Below, in pieces: positions 59,806-64,000 of a DNA stretch of 64,000 nt. This DNA is from Candidatus Hermodarchaeota archaeon (lineage in GTDB: Archaea; Asgardarchaeota; Lokiarchaeia; Sigyniarchaeales; SOKP01): assembly GCA_048885525.1 (NCBI GenBank), contig JBHLLP010000008.1:1-64000 (forward strand). The letters are read 5' to 3'. The translations under genes were made by a program, and so were the position numbers. How positions within the stretch are numbered: the stretch's first letter is position 1; each line of letters starts with the position of its first letter. Below the pieces are notes generated by a model. It did not search any database and was not told where the DNA came from. It saw only the letters and a list, made by a program, of their open reading frames with translations.

Positions 59806-60930
59806 TTAACTTTCTTCGTTTAAAGATTTAATTCGATTAATTCCATTAAATTCTTCAATTAAATCAACTACTTCTTTTGGTACTAATCTTTTCCATTTCT
59901 TGTTATTATTTTTAATTAGATATCTAATATTGTTACCGTTGAATTGTTTTTTAAAAATGGCAATCTTTTTTTCGACTCTAATTCCATTATTATAAAACAA
60001 TTCTCTCACCCAATCACTATTTGAAAAAACTGAATTAAATTCACCCACAATAGAGATTACATGATCTACCCATTTTTTCGCGTTAAAAATATCTGGAATA
60101 TAATATATTTCATATCTCTTTTGGGAGATATTTCTTTTTTTTAAAGCGGCATTGAGAAATTTTTTTCTTTCTTCGCTACTAAATGGATCATTTACTGTAT
60201 TAGATAACTGAGAGCTTCCCATACCAATTTTAACTTTTTTAAAAGACTTTAAAATTTCTCTAATAACATAAATATGACCATGATGCAAAGGTTGAAATCT
60301 TCCAATAAATAAAGCAATACTATATTCATTTTTAATAGATGGTTCTATTTTTTTCTCGAAGAGAGAAGAAATATTTGTTTTTAAGAGTTTTTTCCAAATT
60401 TTTTTTGAGTAATCTATATATTTCTCAGTTTCTAACAATTTTTCAAGTTCATCTTTATTATAGAATCTACTAAATCTAACATCTAATTCTTCAGGATCCG
60501 GATTTAAAGGAATATTATTATCGACAATACCCAAAAAAATGTATGCTACTTCATCACCTTCAGTGTTTAAATCATAGAATTGAACTTTTCGAATATCTTT
60601 AGGAGAAATTCCAAATTCTTCCTTAAGTTCTCGTAATGCATTTTTCTTTATTTTATTTAGATCTAAGTATTTTGTCCAAGATATATGCCCTGAAGATGAG
60701 TCGGTAAAATACTCTGGGAATTCTTTTTTATTTTTTCCACGTTTTTGTATCAAATATGAAATTGCTCCATCTGGGGATATCGATAATATAAAAAATCTTG
60801 TAATTAAATGACTTATGTTTTTCTTATGGGCTTCTGTTCTTTCCATCGGAAAAACATATTTAGAAATCTGGCCAGATTGTAAAAATTTTTTGTTTTCCTT
60901 TTCAATACAAGCCAATATTTCATTATTCAT
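59806..60930 (-). CDS. Fusion of an N-terminal Nudix domain with nicotinamide-nucleotide adenylyltransferase (NadM)
   Basis: QKRGKNK...SSGH...ALRELKEEFGI (Nudix box), then FIGRFQPLHHGH, GSSQ, DPFSSEER. Confidence 0.85.
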   Translation of the reverse strand: MNNEILACIEKENKKFLQSGQISKYVFPMERTEAHKKNISHLITRFFILSISPDGAISYLIQKRGKNKKEFPEYFTDSSSGHISWTKYLDLNKIKKNALRELKEEFGISPKDIRKVQFYDLNTEGDEVAYIFLGIVDNNIPLNPDPEELDVRFSRFYNKDELEKLLETEKYIDYSKKIWKKLLKTNISSLFEKKIEPSIKNEYSIALFIGRFQPLHHGHIYVIREILKSFKKVKIGMGSSQLSNTVNDPFSSEERKKFLNAALKKRNISQKRYEIYYIPDIFNAKKWVDHVISIVGEFNSVFSNSDWVRELFYNNGIRVEKKIAIFKKQFNGNNIRYLIKNNNKKWKRLVPKEVVDLIEEFNGINRIKSLNEES

Positions 60931-60946
60931 AATTAAACACTTGTCT

Positions 60947-61777
60947 TTATAATTTTAAGACTAAAATATCTCCTATCTCAAACCCTAATTTCTCAGACGC
61001 ATCCCCTTGATTAATAGAAAGTTCAAGAAAGCCTGTTGAACCAGGAAGAAATAAAATTGATTCAAGTGGGACTTTTGAAAAGTGTGAAGTGAAGAATCCT
61101 TTATGTAATTTTTCTCTTATTTTAACTCTAATCTCTGAACCTTCATGTAATACAAAATTACTATTTTGAATTCTATTATCTGCTAATTGAATATTGGTTA
61201 TTCCATTACCAAACGAATCAATATATTGAATCGCACATTGAATAACTTTTTTTTTAACATCAATATCATATGTAAGTTTATATTCTTGTAATTTATTAAG
61301 ATTAAAAATAGGACCAAATTTTTTCAATGGAATACCAGAAATTAAATGTGCCGCTATAGGGGCCATAATATCTCTTCCATGAAATGTACTTGAAATTGGT
61401 TTTTTAAAAAATTCATCATTTTGGACTTCTATACATTCTGAAATATTATTGATAAAAAAATCAGAGAATATTCCATTATTAGGGCCTATAAAATAGTGGT
61501 TTGATTTTGTTTTTATTATTAAAATTTCTCGCGAACTTCCAACCCCTGGATCAACTACGATTATAAAAACGGTTCCTTTAGGAAAATACAGATAAGTTGT
61601 TTTTAATATATATGAAGCTTCAATTATTGAGTATGGAGTAATTTGATGTGAAACGTCTATTATTTTAATATTAGGATTAACATTTAGTATAACAGCTTTC
61701 ATACTAGCTATATAATGCTCACCTTTTGCACCGAAATCTGTAATTAAACCTATTATTTTTTGATTGAAATCTACCAT
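60947..61777 (-). CDS. SAM hydroxide adenosyltransferase (DUF62, chlorinase/fluorinase family)
   Basis: LITDFG, VVDPGVGSSR, GPNNG, STFHGRDI, IDSFGN. Confidence 0.9.
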   Translation of the reverse strand: MVDFNQKIIGLITDFGAKGEHYIASMKAVILNVNPNIKIIDVSHQITPYSIIEASYILKTTYLYFPKGTVFIIVVDPGVGSSREILIIKTKSNHYFIGPNNGIFSDFFINNISECIEVQNDEFFKKPISSTFHGRDIMAPIAAHLISGIPLKKFGPIFNLNKLQEYKLTYDIDVKKKVIQCAIQYIDSFGNGITNIQLADNRIQNSNFVLHEGSEIRVKIREKLHKGFFTSHFSKVPLESILFLPGSTGFLELSINQGDASEKLGFEIGDILVLKL

Positions 61778-61838
61778 TTCGAGAAGAAAATAAGGAATTT
61801 GATAGGGAAATATTTATGAAAAATAAAGCAACTGGAAT

Positions 61839-62744
61839 TTATTTATTTTTTCTATATTTCTGATCGATTTTATAAAAATCTTCTAATGCCTTTGATTTTA
61901 ATCTATATTCCTCTTCTTTATCGAATTGGATTAATTTTTTAGAAATAATACCTGCTCTTCTATAATATGTATAGGCTGTATGAAAATCTTCATTTCTAAG
62001 AGCATTCCTGGCTTCTTGTATAATTCTTTCCCTTTCTTTTGATAGGTCAGGAATTCTTTGAGAGAAATCACCTTTTTCTTTAAGTGAACTAGCTATATCC
62101 ATTATATAGAGACTTTCTGCGATTTCTGCTGCTTTATTGTAAAATTTGGCTGCTTTTTCATAATCTAAAGCTTTTATTGCTTTTTCAGCCATTTTATAGT
62201 TTTCCGAAATTTTGTTATGTTCTTCATTTTCAATTTTCTCTAGAAGTTCTTGAGCGATTTTTCTTTCTTTTTTTTCACCGCTAAGCATAAATTTAGTGAT
62301 GTTAATAATACTATCTTTTAAGGCTTCAGGTTGAAGAATATCGATTAATGGTTCTAAATGCTCCAAATACACATCCTTCAATATTATTTCAAATTCTTCT
62401 CTAGATTTCTTAAGAATATTAAGACTTGGAATTTCAAAAGATTCTGCTGCTTCTTTAAGAGATGAACGAAATTTCTCTGGTTTATCATTTTCATTTAATA
62501 ATAACCCTATTATAATTCCAGAGGCTCTCCGGGATATTTTTCCTTTGAAATTGTAAAGATATGAAAAAATTTGAAGATCCTTTATTTTTAACAAATTATA
62601 TTCATTTTTTGAATGGTCAAGATTTAACCTAAGAAATAAATCATTTGAAATTTCAAAATCGATTTTACCTTCTTTAAAATAATACCCCATTACCTTATAA
62701 TCAGAATCGGTTGGAAGTAATATTACAAAACAACCTGATGGCAT
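61839..62744 (-). CDS. Hypothetical protein: alpha/beta N-domain plus TPR/MIT-like helical repeats
   Basis: Two similar repeats AEKAIKALDYEKAAKFYNKAAEIA and ARNALRNEDFHTAYTYYRRAGIIS. Confidence 0.65.
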   Translation of the reverse strand: MPSGCFVILLPTDSDYKVMGYYFKEGKIDFEISNDLFLRLNLDHSKNEYNLLKIKDLQIFSYLYNFKGKISRRASGIIIGLLLNENDKPEKFRSSLKEAAESFEIPSLNILKKSREEFEIILKDVYLEHLEPLIDILQPEALKDSIINITKFMLSGEKKERKIAQELLEKIENEEHNKISENYKMAEKAIKALDYEKAAKFYNKAAEIAESLYIMDIASSLKEKGDFSQRIPDLSKERERIIQEARNALRNEDFHTAYTYYRRAGIISKKLIQFDKEEEYRLKSKALEDFYKIDQKYRKNK

Positions 62745-62816
62745 TAGAAATTATACACCTTTTTGTTTAATTTTATTGAATTAGCATTAAAATCAAGATA
62801 AAAAAATTTAATAATT

Positions 62817-63248
62817 TTAAGATTGACTTGCACTAATAATTCTATTAGTTTCCTCTCGTATTGAAGAGATTATGTTTAATAGTTGAGCATAATATAAATT
62901 GTCTGCTACTGCTTTTGAAGCTTGTCTGATAATCTCTATAGCTTTCTTTTCTTCTTCAGTTATAACTTCGATAGCTTTTTTATCCCAAAGCTCTTTAATT
63001 TTTTGATTAAAATCATCTGAAAGTTCTTGCAAACTTTTACCAGATTGAACTCTGAATTGTTTTAAAACTTCTACGATTAATCTTATATTTTCTGTCATTG
63101 CAACTGTCTGCTCAGAAAAACTTTGACTCATTTGGTTAATTGCACCCCTCATTTGGTTAATTTGAGCGATAGTCCCGTCTAATGAAGCCATAATTTGATT
63201 TATTTTTTGAATCATTTCTTCAAGTAATTGTTCTGCCAATTCACTCAC
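62817..63248 (-). CDS. Hypothetical coiled-coil protein
   Basis: Heptad-rich, Gln/Glu-rich, all-helical; AGGTG at the GTG start. Confidence 0.7.
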   Translation of the reverse strand: MSELAEQLLEEMIQKINQIMASLDGTIAQINQMRGAINQMSQSFSEQTVAMTENIRLIVEVLKQFRVQSGKSLQELSDDFNQKIKELWDKKAIEVITEEEKKAIEIIRQASKAVADNLYYAQLLNIISSIREETNRIISASQS

Positions 63249-63270
63249 CTAATTTTAAGATTAAGATATT

Positions 63271-63684
63271 TCATTCTAACACTTCTTCTTCTTTAATAGA
63301 TTGTTTAAGGCTCTTAACAGAATCAATCGCTTCTGATAATAACAAATTTACTGTATCTTGATTAAGAACACTTTCAGATAATTTAGAAAAATCCTCAAGT
63401 TTTTTAATAAGATTAGTTAGAGCATCTAATCCTAAACCTTCTTGAATTACATTTAATTCTTTAGTTGTTCCTTCTCCAATCTCTTTTACTACATCAATGT
63501 GTTTAGTTTGAGTAACTTTAATTTCATTAGAAAATTCTACCAATTTTCTTGTTAGATTTGCAATTTTGTCTTCTATGTTTTGATTAAGCAAATTAAGAGA
63601 TTCATTTAGTTGTTGAATTGATTGACCTAATTGAGCTATTCTCTTATAGATATTTTGAAGCAGATCTGTTAACATTTCAGCCAT
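63271..63684 (-). CDS. Hypothetical coiled-coil protein (possible distant paralog of 62817-63248)
   Basis: Similar size and N-terminus (MAEMLTDLLQNIYKRIAQL vs MSELAEQLLEEMIQKINQI). Confidence 0.7.
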   Translation of the reverse strand: MAEMLTDLLQNIYKRIAQLGQSIQQLNESLNLLNQNIEDKIANLTRKLVEFSNEIKVTQTKHIDVVKEIGEGTTKELNVIQEGLGLDALTNLIKKLEDFSKLSESVLNQDTVNLLLSEAIDSVKSLKQSIKEEEVLE

Positions 63685-63836
63685 AGCTATTCAGCTTTTT
63701 TAAATTTTTTTTACTAATATAAAAATGTCTCTTTTTATCACTTCAATTATTAATATAACAGATTACACCAATAAAAAAATTTTTATCTTTTTTCTGATTT
63801 AATTAGTTTATAATAATTTCATATTTTCATTTATTT

Positions 63837-63981
63837 GGGCCATTAGCTCAGCTTGGTTAACAAGTTTTTGTTGCTTGGTCAACAAGCGCAGGTCTTATAA
63901 ATGACCATCGGACATACATAAAAAACATTTGTCCGAAAAAGTAAAAACCTGAGATCCGGGGTTCGAATCCCCGATGGCCCA
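63837..63981 (+). tRNA. tRNA-Ile(UAU) with two introns (about 63860-63883 at 21/22, and a 46-nt intron at about 63900-63946 in the anticodon loop)
   Basis: Acceptor GGGCCAT/ATGGCCC with A73, anticodon arm CAGGT-CT-TAT-AA-ACCTG after splicing, short variable loop, T arm CGGGG-TTCGAAT-CCCCG. The D-arm intron forms a BHB; mature length 75 nt. Confidence 0.85.
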
Positions 63982-64000
63982 TTTTATATAAAGTATTTAA

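Overview
AT-rich archaeal chromosomal segment that I read as Asgard (Lokiarchaeia/Promethearchaeota-like). The basis is archaeal ribosomal proteins (uS2, uL11-uL1-uL10-P1, eL14, eL34), SecY plus a DUF106/EMC3-family insertase, an ether-lipid operon (GGR, GGGP synthase, DGGGP synthase, plus a SEC59/phytol-kinase-like gene), intron-containing tRNAs, and several eukaryotic-signature-like proteins (Rag/Arf-like GTPase, Vps28-like, LITAF-like zinc proteins, Yip1-like, longin-like domains). The left third is accessory and metabolic: two solitary adenine DNA methyltransferases, GH94-like/GH1/sulfatase/anSME/Gfo-Idh-MocA genes, IlvD, a TPP enzyme, QueG-like Fe-S proteins and a radical SAM/DUF4130 pair. 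The main observations outside the ORF track are: (1) a 56-aa zinc-finger gene at 38308-38507 interrupted by a 29-nt insert that folds into a bulge-helix-bulge splice motif and whose removal exactly restores the frame, a candidate endonuclease-spliced mRNA intron; (2) a two-component cluster whose receiver protein has a longin/uDENN-like C-terminus and lies directly upstream of a Rag-like GTPase; (3) a two-intron tRNA-Ile(UAU); (4) rpl34e, and probably one methyltransferase, lacking a canonical start codon. I found no CRISPR array, rRNA or transposase. All family assignments come from motif recognition by eye; no database search was run.
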